From positions 34,066 through 98,065 of the forward strand of contig CAVSJV010000018.1 of NCBI GenBank assembly GCA_963728405.1: a stretch of 64,000 bases of DNA, in the 5' to 3' direction. This DNA comes from Methanomassiliicoccaceae archaeon (GTDB lineage: Archaea > Thermoplasmatota > Thermoplasmata > Methanomassiliicoccales > Methanomassiliicoccaceae). Shown in pieces: positions 45,707 to 57,455 of this stretch; the first letter of the stretch is position 1; every line of letters starts with the position of its first letter. The notes under the pieces were generated by a model. The model was not told the DNA's origin. It saw only the letters and a program-made list of their open reading frames with translations, and ran no database searches. Both the position numbers and the translations under genes were made by a program.

Positions 45707-47229
45707 TCAGGGCGTCCCCCTTTTTATCGGTAGAAGTAGCTTTTCAGAAGCATTCATGATAAGTTTCCAGGAAACAAGGGCATATGTCAAAGCAATCGCC
45801 CCGCCCAGAAATGCCAAAATCACCAAGCTCCCGGTTTCAATGAAATAGGATAATGTGAACGATAATATCGCTATACCGGCCGTGGCTATCGCTCCAGGAA
45901 TCACTGCCGAAATACGTTTTTCTGCAAAGACACCTATGACCACGGCTGCATAGACCGGAGTGAAAGTACGTACTTCTCCATGTCAAACTGATAACGACAG
46001 CCGCAGCAGCAACTCCGTATATGCCCCATCCGAGAAATACTGCTAGGGTAAATGCAAGAATGAGGTTCCCGACCCCCGTTATCAGGGTGACGATAGCGGG
46101 CAATTTGACCTTATTAAATGCGACATTGATCTGAAATAGGGGTATCACCGCCGTATTGATCGTCAAGTGAAAGGTCAGAAGGATCATGTAGGGGGGCCAA
46201 GTACACAAACTGTTCACCGACCCATGCACCTAGAATTGAGGGTGCGAATCCGCAAAATTAGTCCAATGGGGAGTGCAACCCCAATGCCTGTCAATTTTAC
46301 AGCGCTCTTAAAGATCGAAACGAGCCTATCTCTTTGCCCATTTGCATATGCTATCAGGACGATGGGACCAAGGATCAGATGCAAGGTAAGGGCTAATCCC
46401 CTTATTAGGCCGACCCACTGGTAGGCGATCGCATACTCTCCGCCAACAGTATTGCCGTAAAGGTAGTTGACAACTATGAGGTCGATGTTCAAGAGCAACA
46501 ATGCACCAATATCGTTGATGATAATCCATCCGCCCATTTGGGCCATCTCTCGAAATTTTCGACCATCATAGTACTGAATATTTATCGTCAGTTTTTCATT
46601 CATTCTCCTATACATAAGATAAGCGACCATTGTCGCCAACACTGCGCCGAGCAGATAAGCTACACCTATGCTGGTCAAAGATGGGGTAGAGATTGTGAAT
46701 AATGTGATGATTAAGAAAATTTGAACAAGGATGTTGATGAGATTGATGAAATTAATCAGGTCTAGACGGTTTGAAGCATAAAGGGTCACGGTGAAATTGC
46801 TTGACCAGGAGCGGATCAGGAAGGCAAGGCCGATGCCGATAAAAAGCCCTGCAGCATCAATGGCGTTCGACGAAGGCACTCCGAACAAGCCGGGCGTAAA
46901 AAGAGATGACCAAAACAACGGGGACCACGAACAGAACAATTCTTGAAACCCCAAAGAACGCTGAATTAAACGTTCGATTAGCTTGCCCATCATCAGGACT
47001 TTGCATGTCTATCGTAAGATGCCGTGAAACAGCAGAATTGAGGGAGTTCGTTAGAATCCCAATATAACCTATCAACGATGTGGCCAGTGGTATGAGACCA
47101 TACGCTGCGATACCAAGAGCATCAATGAAATATGGAACTAGAAATATACCAATTACTATATTTAATATAAAATAAAACAGCATTGGCACCGAGATTTTTT
47201 GTTGTTTGATCGTCCGATACCAATATCAT
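45707..47229 (-). CDS. Polysaccharide flippase (Wzx/MATE-like; frameshifted)
   Basis: FLVPYFIDALGIAAYGL, NIDLIVVN, WGIYGVA; multi-TM. Confidence 0.85.
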
Positions 47230-47652
47230 TGAGACGCAGGATGGTACTGGAGTATGAAGTAACTTTCCCTAACGGTTCATATTTTTAATATAAACTATTA
47301 ATAATACTAATCGAGAAGCTCTGGGTACATTAGGGCTAAATAGAATCAATATGTGATACATATTCATGATATTCGGACCGAATAGTCGTTACATCCATAG
47401 GTTGTTAATGAGGGCCGATAATGGAAGCACGATTATTCCTCTGGGAGAGACAGGTGTTGCTTGATTTGTTATTGGTGATGACTCATTGATTTTCATTATT
47501 GTTCATCGTAGCCCAATTTTCTCTTCTTTTTATCTGACCATTTTACATTTATCGGCATGATAACCTTCATCATTGGCGATACTTATTTCTCTCTGCAATA
47601 ATTTCTTCGAGGTGGCGGAATCGATAATCGTCACAGGTCGGTTTGGCCGTGG

Positions 47653-48050
47653 TCAATCTAATTTTACCTTCGAAATCCTAGTCATGCGCAGGACCTCGAC
47701 GGCCGCCCGCCACCGATTCGGGTTGCTCTCGCTCTCAAGGGTCTTCTCGATAATGCCCAGGGCTTTGGGGACCAGGCTGCGGAACCGGTCGATGGACAAG
47801 CTCCACAGATTGCCCCGGCGCGTGTTCAGCTCGGCCTGAAACCCGAAGATGGTACGGCCTCCACCTCGTCACCGTCTCTCTGGAGACGCCGACCTGCTCG
47901 GTGACCCCCCTGCCCATAGGGCCGGTGATGAGAAGGTTGATGCCGTTATGCTGCGCCGGTAGCGCAAGGGTCACCAGCTCTGGCAGTTAGGGCTCCTCCG
48001 GCCCCTCATACTCATCTGTGATCTATTGTGACGTATTATGATGCCCTCAT
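47653..48050 (-). pseudogene. Decayed helix-turn-helix DNA-binding gene (terminase-small-subunit-like / mobile-element-type HTH)
   Basis: Fragments QHNGINLLITG, EQVGVSRETVTRW and FQAELNTRRGNLW...VPKALGIIEKTLE...RWRAAVEVLR lie in different frames with stops. Confidence 0.6.
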
Positions 48051-48081
48051 GAACAGGGAAGCGAGGGGCGTATTTGATCTG

Positions 48082-49341
48082 TTATGATTGGCTGGCCGTC
48101 CAGACCCGCATAGTGATGTGTATCCTCCTGGGGACGAATCGGCTGGAGGTCATGCCGTCAGTGTTCGAGCGCTCAGGTTTCCTTCTTCCCCTTGGAACGC
48201 GCCGCCTGCTCTGGGCCTTTTCCGCCTCCCGCTCGGCCTTCCGTTCCACCCGGCGACGCTCCCTCTCATCCCGCTTCCGTTGGCGGATGAGGCGGTCGTT
48301 CACCGGGAGGAAACCGCCCGCGATCCAGTCCTTGCGGTACGAGAGCAGCTCCACCACTGCGTATACTGCCCAGAGCAGCACGGCGAACACGAACAGCAGC
48401 ACCAGCGGTCGAAAGTCAACCGGAAAGTGATCGCCCAGCCCCCTATGGCGGTCGCCACATCGATGCGCCCGCCCAAGGTGATAATCCATATCCACGCCGC
48501 CCACCCCACCGCCATCAGCACGGCGAAGGCCATGCGCGAGTACGAGCCCTTGGGGTAGAGGCCCTTGAAGAAGCTCAGCGCGGTGATGACGACGCCCACC
48601 ACTAGGGCGCCTCCGATAGCCACAGCAGGACGTTCTGGATATCATCGAGTCCCGCGCTGGAGACATACTCGAGCACCGCCGCCATGATGCTGAAGATGGC
48701 GAGCGGATCAGATCACGAACTTTATGACCGTTTTTCTAGAGATCCGTATACCTTCCGACAGCTGCCCGTAGCGTGGACGGAAATCATGGTGAGAAGCGAT
48801 GTCATCCGCATCCTCTTGGTACAACGGAGGCAGGGGCGGCAGCGCCGAGCCCTTGGGCTGGTCCCGGCGATACAGCCGTTCCCGACGGTTGTCCCGATAG
48901 TCCCCCAGCTCCCTGGCCACCGAGAACGCCATCAGCACCAGGAACAGTTCGAACAGCAGGAAAAGCGGGATGTCCGGCCCGATACTGGCCAGAGCGGCCT
49001 CCGTCCGGCCGTCCTGGAGCAGCATCCAGCATACACTGCCGCCATGAGGTCGAACACGATGGCGAAGCCCAGGCGGGAACGCGATTCCCGGGGATAGAAC
49101 CAGGTGAGGAAAGCGAGCAGACGAGCACGCTGCCCAGGTACAGGTGTCGGCTGCAGCTGGGCCAAGCACGTCGAGCAGCGCGCTGGAGGTTCGTATCGCC
49201 TATGGACTCGTGGTCATGGGAAGTGATAGCACCGAAGAGCGTGATGAGGGCTAGCGGTACCACGATGTATATCAGCGCCGCGCCCACGGCATGGAGCGTT
49301 CCCCGAGCCGGGTTACCGTAACGAAGAAAGAGGTCGTTCAT
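48082..49341 (-). CDS. Hypothetical polytopic membrane protein with internal duplication (frameshifted)
   Basis: Starts MNDLFLRYGNP. Two similar segments, FYPRESRSRLGFA and LYPKGSYSRMAFA. Charged C-terminal tail. Confidence 0.6.
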
Positions 49342-50504
49342 GGGCTTCCACCTCCGTTCCAATGATGGCTCTGCTGTTCATTCACCACCACTCCCATCAC
49401 CTCGATCTGGACGTAGATAGTCCAATCGGCACTGGAATCGATAAGCTGTTGATGGGTCGAGGGGGAGAGGTCCATGGCGATCGCACCGGGATTGGGCGCC
49501 CTGCATCGGCATGGTAGCGTTGCCCGACCCGATGAGTCGACGAGGCAGGAGTTTATCGTTACCGGTGACCGTGGCCGGTTCACCCTGGACCATGGGGGAG
49601 GCCTCGAAATAGTAGGGGACCATCAGCTGGTCGGTCGGTCCGCTGTTCGACAGGTAAGAGTCGCTGACGCTGACATTGGATATGAACAGCTGCCACTGGA
49701 AGGCGTTCGTCTGATCGTCCGTCGCTCCCGCGGAGGTGGCGTTCGAATCCATATACAGGGTCTAGGCCTGGGTCAGGAGGTCCTGAGCGACCGAGGACGA
49801 CACGTTCAACGAAAAGAAGCCGTCGTTGTTCGGTTGGATGGTCAGGTCTTGGGAGGCGGTGCCCAGAACGGCGGTAGGGTTGCGGAGGGTCGCACCGACG
49901 ATAAGTCCGACTCCACTGATCATGTTCGCCGGCATCAAAATGATAGGGGGCCGCGATCGTGTAGAGCGTTCCGTTCGGCACGATGGTCATGTCGGCGGCG
50001 TTCACCGCCATGTTGCTGATGAGGGCCAACCAGTTCATGTCCCGATGCCCTCCAGGTCGATGGTCACCATCCGGTCGGTGTACTTCGCCTGCAGGTAGTG
50101 GATATGTCGAAGCAGGAAGACCTCGTGGAAGACCAGCAGGCGTACGGTGGCGGGGTCCACCTGGCTCAGGTCGATGACCATCGCCAAGGGCACCGTGGTC
50201 CATCGGCCGTGCACGATATCGGCCGGTACGGTCTGGGAGGATGCCAGCACCCGAGAGGCATTATCGCTCACCGGAGCCGAGAGCGAAGTCCTGAATATCG
50301 TAATAGCTGCCGTTGTAGACCTCCACCGGCATCTGCGCACTGAGGACATGGTCATTGCTACCTGCATGAGGTATCGCCCTGGGGCAGGCGAACGGTTACA
50401 GACTCGCCCTGGACCAGCGGTACGACGCTGAGAAGGATGATGGCCGCGATAACGAGGTTCACGAGGACGATAAACATCCGAGTGGTGAAGAGGCCCCAGC
50501 GCAT
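49338..50504 (-). CDS. Hypothetical membrane-anchored protein with repeated beta-rich domains (frameshifted)
   Basis: N-terminal TM MRWGLFTTRMFIVLVNLVIAAIILLSVVPL. Repeated W.(L/A)(L/F)ISN..V...PY.F.A motif. ATGA overlap with the next gene. Confidence 0.55.
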
Positions 50505-50747
50505 GGCCAGGGTCTCGCGCTGTGCATATAATAAAGAACTTATCTGCTAGCCGGGACATATTGATGGCGCTCCCGAAACGGCCCCCCTCGGCCCGGGTGT
50601 TTTTACGAGGGACCGGCCGGTCATGCTCTCCATATTCTCGGTACCAAAAGGCTAAATTCCCGCTCCGATTGGGAGTCGTGGTCGGCCTGGTCAGGCCAGT
50701 ATTCCCGCAAACGAGAGCATCGCGCGGGAAGATGAGGATGAGAGCAT

Positions 50748-53692
50748 ATGGTGTTCGACAGGATCGCCAGCGTATTAACGAAGCGTTACAAGATGGTCAT
50801 CATCGTGTGGATCGCCGCCCTGCTGATAGCGGTGCCGGCGATCATGTCCGTCAATAGTGTCATCAGCTACCAGCAGACCCAGGGGGCCTCGGGGGACATC
50901 GAGTCCAACAAGGCCCAGGCGCTCATCGCCGCCAATTTCCAGCGGTCCGTCGCCAACGGAACGCTGCTCATCGTGCTGCAGGGCGACAACATCACCGATG
51001 CGCAGTCCCGAGACTTCGTGCTCGCGTTGCAACGACAGATCGAGGGTTCGTCGGAGATCAAGGACCTGCAGAACGTCTCGTCCATCTACACCTCCGCGGA
51101 GCTGGTGATGGAGCAGTACATCATGCAGCTCGGGCCGGGCCTGCGGCCGGCCGAGGCCCAGATCAATTCCACCGCGTTCCTGCTGTGGGGGATACCGCAG
51201 CTCCATGTAACGAACTGGGACCTGACCCATTCCGATCCGGACGCCTACGATGCGACCGAAGCGCAACTGGAAGGATATCTGTACCAGCAGCAGGCCGACC
51301 CGAACACCACCGCGTTCGCCCTGGGCTACTATCAGGCCTTCGCGGCCGCATGGAACAGCACCGCCGGTAACGCGACCCTCGCGGACCCGGTGGTCCGGGC
51401 CGACTTTTGCGTCAACGCCGTCGCCCCCGGCTTCATCGCCGGGGTCGGTGCCCGCGGCCCAACAGCCGCTGATGCTGGCCGTCCTGGCCGGATTCAACAC
51501 CACCACCTTCAGTGATCAGGCGCGAGTTCACGCCCTCGCTCTCAACATGGTCGGGAGCATGGCCGCCATCACCAACGGGACCTTCCTGCAGCAGGTGTAC
51601 GAACTGGGGCCGTCCTACTCTCCGAGCTCGGTCTCCGCCTATGCCCGCTCGGTCATCGCCAACGGGACCCTGGCCACCTATCCCGTGACCATTCCTGACC
51701 AGCTCACCACCAACTTCGTCTCGTCGAACAACAAGACCATGCTGTTCCTGGTCACCTTCACCGTCGCCTCGGACTACACCACCGCCAGCGGCGAGAAGCC
51801 GCTGGTCGACGACGTGCAGGTGCTGAGGAACATGCTCAGCACGCTGAGGTCCGATTCCGGCACGACCATCGTCACCTACGTCACCGGTGACGCCGGGATG
51901 TCCGCGGACATGCAGAACTCCATGTCCAAGGACCTGTTGCTGATCGAGCCGTTCACCATCGTCATCATCATCGTCCTGATGGGCATCCTGTTCCGCTCGG
52001 TGCTGGGCCAGTTCCTGCCGCTAGGGGTGGTGGGCGTCGCCCTAGGCATCAGCGAAGCGTTGGTGTTCGTCATCGGCTCGACGGTGGCCGAGATCGATTC
52101 CACCACCCTGCTGATGATGCTGTCCATCCTCATCGGCGTCGGTACGGACTACTCCGTCTTCATCATCATGCGCTACCGGGAGGAACGGATCAAAGGCGCT
52201 GCTCGAGAGCAGGCGGTGCACGCCTCGGTGACCTGGGCGGGAGAGAGCATCGTGACCTCTGGGCGCTACGGTCATCATCGCCTTCTTCGCCATGGCCACC
52301 TCCTCGTTCGCCATGCTGCACACCATGGGCCTGGTCATCGGGGCCTCCATCGTCGTCGCGCTGCTGGCCGCATTGACCCTGGTCCCGGCCATCCTGATGC
52401 TGATCGGTAACCGGATGTTCTGGCCCACCACCAAGCACCGCTGGACCCGGTACGCCCAGGGCGTGATGGAGAGGAAGAGGGCCGGCAACCACGGCTACTT
52501 CCACCGGGCCGCCTCGTTCTCCGTAAAGCATGCCAAGGTGCTGCTGGTGGCGGCGATCCTGGTATCCATCCCCACCACCTTCATCTACCTGACCGCCGAG
52601 ACCAGTTACGATTTCATCGGCGGCATGGGCAACACCGAGAGCGTGGATGGGATGAACGCCATGACCACCGACTTCGGGGCCGGCCGCATCATGCCCACCC
52701 AGGTCGTCATCACCGGCGACACCCTGGTGTACGACGGTACGAACTTCAACACCACCTATCTCGATGCCATCGACAACATCACCGCAGCGATAGCGGCCGA
52801 TCCCATGGTGCAGGATGTGTCTGGTATCACCCGGCCGTACGGCCAATGGATCGATTACCACGATGCCAGCCTGCCGGTGGAGCAACGGCAGCAGATGCTC
52901 CAGAGCGTCGGTAGCGACAACAAGAGCGTCCTCCTCACGGTGGTGCTCAAGCAGCAGCCGGAGAGCGCCGCGGCGGTGAACTTCATCCCCACGCTGCGGG
53001 ACGAGGTGTCCCAGGCCCAGGCCCTCCAACCGGCCCTGGTCGGGTCGACCATACTGGTGGGGGGTGCCACCGCTTCGATCTATGATCTCAGCCTCACCAC
53101 CACCGGTCAGTTCAACAACATCGAGGTGCTGGTGGTCGTGGGCATCTTCGTCGTGCTGATGATCGTGCTCGGTTCGTTGTTGTTACCGGCCTTCGCCATC
53201 GTGTCCATCGCCATGAGCATCACCTGGTCGTTCGCCGCCACCGTCCTGGTGTTCGGCACCTGGCTGGGAAAACCGATCCTGTTCCTCATCCCCCTGATAC
53301 TGTTCGTCATGCTGATGGGTCTGGGCATGGACTATAACGTGTTCATCCTGACCCGTATCCGGGAGGAGGTGCACAAGGGCAAGGGGACCAAGGAAGCGGT
53401 GGTCGACGCGGTCGACTGGACCGGCGGCATCATCACCGCCCTGGCGCTGATCATGGCCGGAGCCTTCGGATCGCTGATGCTGTCCAGCAACACCATGCTC
53501 CAGGAGTTCGGTTTCGCTCTATCGGTGGCGATCCTGCTCGACGCCATGGTGGTGCGGACCTACATCGTCCCGGCGGCCATGACGCTCATGGGCAAGCGCG
53601 CCTGGTGGGCTCCCGGCCGCTTGCAGCGGGAAGGTCGCAAGGAGAAGGCCAAGGATGCGCCGACGACGCCCGAGGGCAAGATCAAAGAGTGA
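50748..53692 (+). CDS. MMPL family (RND superfamily) transporter (two frameshifts)
   Basis: YVTGDAG, GVGTDYSVF, AGESIVTSG, GLGMDYNVFILTRIREE, TGGIITALALIMAGAFGSL. Confidence 0.93.
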
Positions 53693-53774
53693 GACCCAAA
53701 CCCCTTCCCATCTTTTTCATGTTCTTCGGCCCAAAACTTATTTGCCGATCGGGGGACAACCTTTTCCAGGTGAA

Positions 53775-54221
53775 ATGATGACCATCGTAACGCAATTCGA
53801 TGCACCTGAAAACGCTGTCAACAAGGTCCGCAAGGACCTGGCGGTCGCGTTCCTCGAGCTGGTCGGTTCGGGACGGCCCCGGGAGGGGTTGCGGTTATTC
53901 GCCCCCGATTGCAAGACTCACAATCCCTACACCGCCGGCGGCATGGCCGCGCTCATCGAGGCCATGGTCGCGGTGCAGCAGGAACGGGGGGAGGGGGTCA
54001 TCAAAGGATCGAAGGCCGACTTCAAGCTCATCATCCGCCAGGTTCTGGCCGAAGGCGACATGGTCGCCGTGCACACGCAGCTCGTCAGCCCCCGGCCGAG
54101 CGACGGGGGTTTGCGTCAGGTCCACCTGTTCCGTTTCAGGGACGATAAGATCATCGAGTACTGGGACATCACTCAGCAGGTGCCAGAGAACGCCCCCAAC
54201 GCCGCGGGAGCATTCGATTAA
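53775..54221 (+). CDS. SnoaL-like / NTF2 family protein
   Basis: HNPYTAGG, VLAEGDMVAVH, HLFRFRDDKIIEYWDI. Confidence 0.88.
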   Translation: MMTIVTQFDAPENAVNKVRKDLAVAFLELVGSGRPREGLRLFAPDCKTHNPYTAGGMAALIEAMVAVQQERGEGVIKGSKADFKLIIRQVLAEGDMVAVHTQLVSPRPSDGGLRQVHLFRFRDDKIIEYWDITQQVPENAPNAAGAFD

Positions 54222-54440
54222 GGGGTCAATGGTCCTTCTCAATGCACCAATGTGCGGGTCCCGGCCACCAGGCAACGGCGAGATGTACAAGGCCCGCATC
54301 GAGCCCTGCCGCCCAGTGTTCGGTATCGTCATCGGCTTGATCGGCGTCGCCTTCGGGCTGATGATGTTCATGCGCTGCCGGCGCCCCCGGACGCCGTAGG
54401 CGACCGAACCCCCTCTATCTCCCAGGCCTCTTTCTTTTAA

Positions 54441-54750
54441 TCATTTTAGGGATGGTGGGCCAATGGTCATCGGCTGTAGCCAAGCGCGCCGTCCCATAGC
54501 GGTGTCAACCAGCTCCGCCCGCACGTACCCTTCGTTGCCGGTTACCTCGTACAGCGCGGTCGAACCCCTGGTCGTCTGCAACACCTTGCCCCCAGAGCCG
54601 CGGAACACGATCTTGTCCGCGCCGGTGGCCCGTAACCTGATCGCACGCTCATCCACGCCGATCTCCGCCACCTCCGGCCCCTGCGTCGAGTAGAACGAAC
54701 CGTTCCGCAATGCCGCCAGCATCTTCTTGGTGGTCGGCTCCCCCAGGAAA
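54441..54750 (-). pseudogene. 3' remnant of a PHP metallohydrolase (paralog of 17573-18532)
   Basis: LAALRNGSFYSTQGP...YVRAELV...AWLQPM only; the catalytic N-terminal part is missing. Confidence 0.85.
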
Positions 54751-54757
54751 AAACCCT

Positions 54758-54814
54758 AAATTAAATCTCATCCAGATTATCATTATCAAAAGATATAATC
54801 ACATTTAAAAACAT
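54758..54814. promoter_or_regulatory. 57-bp promoter block with a Fur-box-like motif (copy 2)
   Basis: Identical to 18641-18697. Confidence 0.75.
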
Positions 54815-54832
54815 CCGACCCAATACCACCTC

Positions 54833-55102
54833 ATGCAGGTATACTCGCCCTCGTCCACAGCCTCCCGCCCCCTCGATGCTCGCGTCCATGAAGTTCTGGT
54901 CCTTTCCCATATAAATGGCTTGGAGGTATGTGTCTACCGGGGCGTGCAGTTCCGTCTCGATGGTGACCTCGCTTACCTCTCTCCGCGCTTTTCATCCCCC
55001 GTCCCGCTGAACGAGTTCCTCGATGCCATCGACTCCACCTTGCCCAAGCTGGCCAGGCAGGGGCGAAGGCAGTACCGGTTGAACGACTGGCTCGAGGTAT
55101 AG
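54833..55102 (+). CDS. Hypothetical protein (paralog of 18716-18925)
   Basis: Conserved core CVYRGVQFRLDGDLAYLS..FSSP.PLNEFLDAID plus a 20-aa C-terminal extension. Confidence 0.75.
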   Translation: MQVYSPSSTASRPLDARVHEVLVLSHINGLEVCVYRGVQFRLDGDLAYLSPRFSSPVPLNEFLDAIDSTLPKLARQGRRQYRLNDWLEV

Positions 55103-55274
55103 GCCGAACCTCGTTACAGAGCGGGCCCTTCCCGAACCAACCAGCATCAAAGGATCACCTGCATCTAGGTATCAAATATCGGTGAGCCCAAAGGCGCTCC
55201 GCCTGAGCAATGAAGCTCCTCGGCCCTCACCAATGGGCCGCGATCATGAGGGTCCCGGTTCCGTTCCGGCCCGC

Positions 55275-55502
55275 TCACGCGTCCCTACCGATCCTTCTTG
55301 CTATCGCGGCGAAGGCGATGAAGGCAAGCACTATCGCGGCCGGAGGAAGCAACAGAAAATATAGAGTACCGGAGCCACCGGGGCTGTTCATTCCCAGGGC
55401 GAAGCCGACGACGAACCCGAGGACGAGGCCGATGATGAACATGTAGGCCACGGGGGCCCATTTATCCCACGATGAGCGATCGATCCTCATGCCGGACATC
55501 AC
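55275..55502 (-). CDS. Small two-TM membrane protein
   Basis: Two hydrophobic helices. Confidence 0.6.
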   Translation of the reverse strand: MMSGMRIDRSSWDKWAPVAYMFIIGLVLGFVVGFALGMNSPGGSGTLYFLLLPPAAIVLAFIAFAAIARRIGRDA

Positions 55503-55594
55503 ATCCCTCGCATCAGCCTGTTTTGAATGCTATGGGCTGCCGATATGCATAGTTTTAACTGAATTCATGCCGATCGTCGGCCTGAGGTCCTTCC

Positions 55595-55843
55595 ATGAGA
55601 GCAAAATGTCCCAAGTGCGGGGCGGTCTTCGAGGTCCCGTGGCATCCCACACTGGTCCACATCGGGTCGATCAAGCTGTTGAAGTGCCCTGCCTGCGGGA
55701 AGCGCAGCATGATGCACACGGGCGTAAAGGACCCGGTCACCTGGCCCGTCGAAAAAGGCACGGAAGAGAAGGCGGTGGAGCAGTTGAGCGACGAAGAAAG
55801 ATTGAGGCGCCGTATCGAGGGATCGAAGCACGAGCGGCTGTGA
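55595..55843 (+). CDS. Zinc-ribbon protein
   Basis: CPKC...CPAC. Confidence 0.7.
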   Translation: MRAKCPKCGAVFEVPWHPTLVHIGSIKLLKCPACGKRSMMHTGVKDPVTWPVEKGTEEKAVEQLSDEERLRRRIEGSKHERL

Positions 55844-56311
55844 ACGGTGCGGTCCAGAACAGCTGGCAACACCAAGTAGCGGGTCGGTCCGATGGGCGGT
55901 CACATGATGAGCGCTCAGGCGGCTCAGGCATGCACCATATATGGAAAAGGCCGAACCGTGATGACGGACGGGACGATCGCTACGAAATGATCTCGATCGC
56001 TCTGATCTTTGCCCCTCGCCGCCATCGATCTTCCAGGGCACCCCCCTTCGATCTTCGGACCCCATTGGAAAGGCCCCTCCCCGCGTGGTCGAACGGGTCA
56101 GCGTTTCCCTACCATCCATAGTATCATTCGAATAATGTTCTTTCAATTTTTCAGCACCGCGTCCGGAGCTCAGAGGGAGCCAGACGTATCAATGCTCGGA
56201 TGTAATGCGTGGCAGAGCCATTCTAACTGAAATCGAAGATGATAATCGGGTCACAACGGATAACTTACCCTCCCAACCTCGTAGCGATCAGTAGAAAGTG
56301 AGGGATGCACA

Positions 56312-57429
56312 GTGAGTGGAAAAATATTCAAAACAGCAGCAATGCTGGCGGCCTTCGGGCTGTTGGTGCCGGGAGCCATTATAGTAATGGAGATGCCCAA
56401 TGCATCAGCGACCACCGTGGCCGCTCCAACCTATGGTAACATAACGGTCGACAATGCGACCCTACTGGTCAACGATCAAGTTCCAAACGACAAGTTCTTC
56501 GGTGTCGTCGACACCACCGCGATGCAGTTCGCGATCAAGGCGTACATCGATGGCGATATGTCCGTGGCCGGCAAGAGCTCGAGTGTTCCCCGGACCGGAC
56601 ACTGTCCAACACCGCGCCGATAGCCGAGAACTCCAATGCCTCCGTATTCTGGCATGAGTACTTCTCGCTGCTGAAGCAGTATGACGTGAACCTGGTGAGA
56701 CTGGGTTGCGGGGACGCCTGGGGCTCGGAGCTGCAGTACAATGCCTGGACCAACCATCATGACGAGTACACCTCGTTCCTGCACATCATGCTGAGCGAGG
56801 CTGAGCAGCAGGGCATCTGGGTCGTCCTGGTGATGGCCGGATCGCAGGAGTATCCGACCTTCGAGTACGGGGGATCGGGCTCGGTGTTCGACCCTTCCAC
56901 CTCGGCCTATGCCAACATGATCGACTACGAGCTCGACACGATGAAGGCAGTGGAGAACGAGACCGCTCTGGGCATGTTCGACATGTTCAACGAGCCGGAC
57001 CACAACCTGGTCGACGCCAACTACTGGCAAGGCGACAAGGTCCAATTCAACACCTGGGCCAAGGCCGTGGCCAGGGACACCGCGAACGTGACCGCTCACC
57101 CGAGGACGATGGGCGTCGCGGCGCTGGGAACCCTGTTCAGCTGGTCCAAGGCGGACTTCGATCTCGCCACCGGTACGGTCGGATTCGAGATCGCCCATGT
57201 CCACTACTACGGCGCCAACAAGGACGCGGGCAACTTCGCCGGGCCTGAGCAGTGGTCCAAGGCGGACGGCAAGCCCCTGTTCTGGGGCGAACTGGGTGAC
57301 AACGGAGTGTATCCTCTGACCCGGTACACCTTCGGCGAGGACACCATCTGGGCCAACGGCGGTCAGGCGATCACCTCCATGGTGCTGACCGGCACGCCCG
57401 GATACCCGTACACCGGCGACGCCCTCTGA
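56312..57429 (+). CDS. Secreted glycoside hydrolase, clan GH-A (GH5/cellulase-like); frameshift near 56600
   Basis: Signal peptide, VNLVRL, FNEP (acid/base), HVHYYG, KPLFWGELG (nucleophile). Confidence 0.82.
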
Positions 57430-57455
57430 ACGGCGTCGGCCAACCCTTTAGATCA

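Noticed and set aside
54229-54399. Short Cys-containing ORF with a TM segment after the SnoaL-like gene
   Set aside because: Too short and probably frameshifted; I cannot support a call.
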